DNA of 64,000 nucleotides from an uncultured Eubacteriales bacterium (GTDB lineage Bacteria; Bacillota; Clostridia; Lachnospirales; CAMVHY01): NCBI GenBank assembly GCA_948543815.1, contig CAOVHW010000001.1, positions 9,186 to 73,185 of the forward strand, read 5' to 3'. Shown piece by piece: positions 63,645 to 64,000 of this stretch (position 1 is its first letter; each line of letters starts with the position of its first letter). The notes under the pieces were generated by a model. It saw only the letters and a program-made list of their open reading frames with translations, ran no database searches and was not told where the DNA came from. The position numbers and the translations under genes were made by a program.

Positions 63645-64000
63645 ATGACTGAAGACGATTGTTTATTATGGCTTTCATGTATTCCGAATTTAACACTGAA
63701 GCGTCAGAAAGATTTGATTTCTATTTTTGGTTCCGCTCATGATATTTGGGTTGCTCCTGAAAAATTAATTCTTTCCGTTAACGGTATACCTAAAAATATT
63801 TTGGAAAATATTATTTCATATAGAAATCCTAAAAAATTTATTGCATATGAAAAAATGATGCGGCAAAGTAATGTTTCTTTTATTTCATATAAATCTGATT
63901 TATATCCTGAATTATTAAAGCAAATTCCCGACTATCCTCTTGGTTTATATATAAAAGGTGATTTACCAGATGCTTCACTTCTAAAAATAAGTATAGTTGG
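63645..64000 (+). CDS. dprA: DNA processing protein DprA (Smf), N-terminal part; the 3' end lies outside the window
   Basis: The N-terminal SAM-like domain (LLWLSCIPNLTLKRQKDLISIFGSAHDIW) is followed by YKSDLYPELLKQIPDYPLGLYIKGDL, which is typical of DprA. Confidence 0.8.
   Translation, partial: MTEDDCLLWLSCIPNLTLKRQKDLISIFGSAHDIWVAPEKLILSVNGIPKNILENIISYRNPKKFIAYEKMMRQSNVSFISYKSDLYPELLKQIPDYPLGLYIKGDLPDASLLKISIV

Overview
Very AT-rich chromosomal segment from an endospore-forming, anaerobic, Clostridia-like Firmicute; the taxonomic call is inferred from gene content only. All calls come from reading the translations and the DNA by eye. No database, HMM, folding or TM-prediction run was possible, so family names rest on motif recognition.

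Backbone genes:
- Sporulation: spoIIIAE-AH, spoIIP, spoVM, spoIIID, spoVAA-AE, a SipL-like coat morphogenetic protein, and a YaaH-like GH18 enzyme.
- Housekeeping: der, plsY, dapF, dapL, dnaA with a DnaA-box region, prs, frr, pyrH, gyrA, mnmA, proS, dnaX, lepB, lysS, malQ, dprA.
- [FeFe]-hydrogenase maturases hydE, hydG and hydF, rubrerythrin, several Na+-coupled transporters, and one tRNA-Pro(CGG).

Main finding: two accessory loci that I cannot assign to any described family.
- Locus A (9164-14858, + strand) is a tandem array of four genes. Locus B (24906-33914, - strand) encodes a ~1456 aa giant protein, a split paralogue of it (239 aa + 833 aa), and a 344 aa repeat protein.
- Seven of the eight ORFs lack a visible signal peptide. 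Six of these seven end in the same bilobed ~45-55 aa hydrophobic hairpin followed by a polar low-complexity tail; the 239 aa ORF carries none itself and would gain them only by fusion to the 833 aa ORF. The 833 aa protein has two hairpins. This architecture recalls chlamydial Inc proteins.
- The first locus A protein carries an OTU-like Cys/His protease signature.
- The split pair in locus B is bridged by an in-frame A_AAA_AAG heptamer in exactly the -1 frame relationship.

Other observations:
- A BIME/MITE-like mosaic of three palindromic modules occupies six intergenic regions.
- A second -1 frame-split, compositionally atypical gene lies at 45500-46599.
- A candidate type I toxin / antisense RNA pair lies at 58927-59340.
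- Unannotated small genes include spoVM.
- dnaA lacks dnaN, and gyrA lacks gyrB.
- A second DnaA-box cluster lies upstream of lysS.
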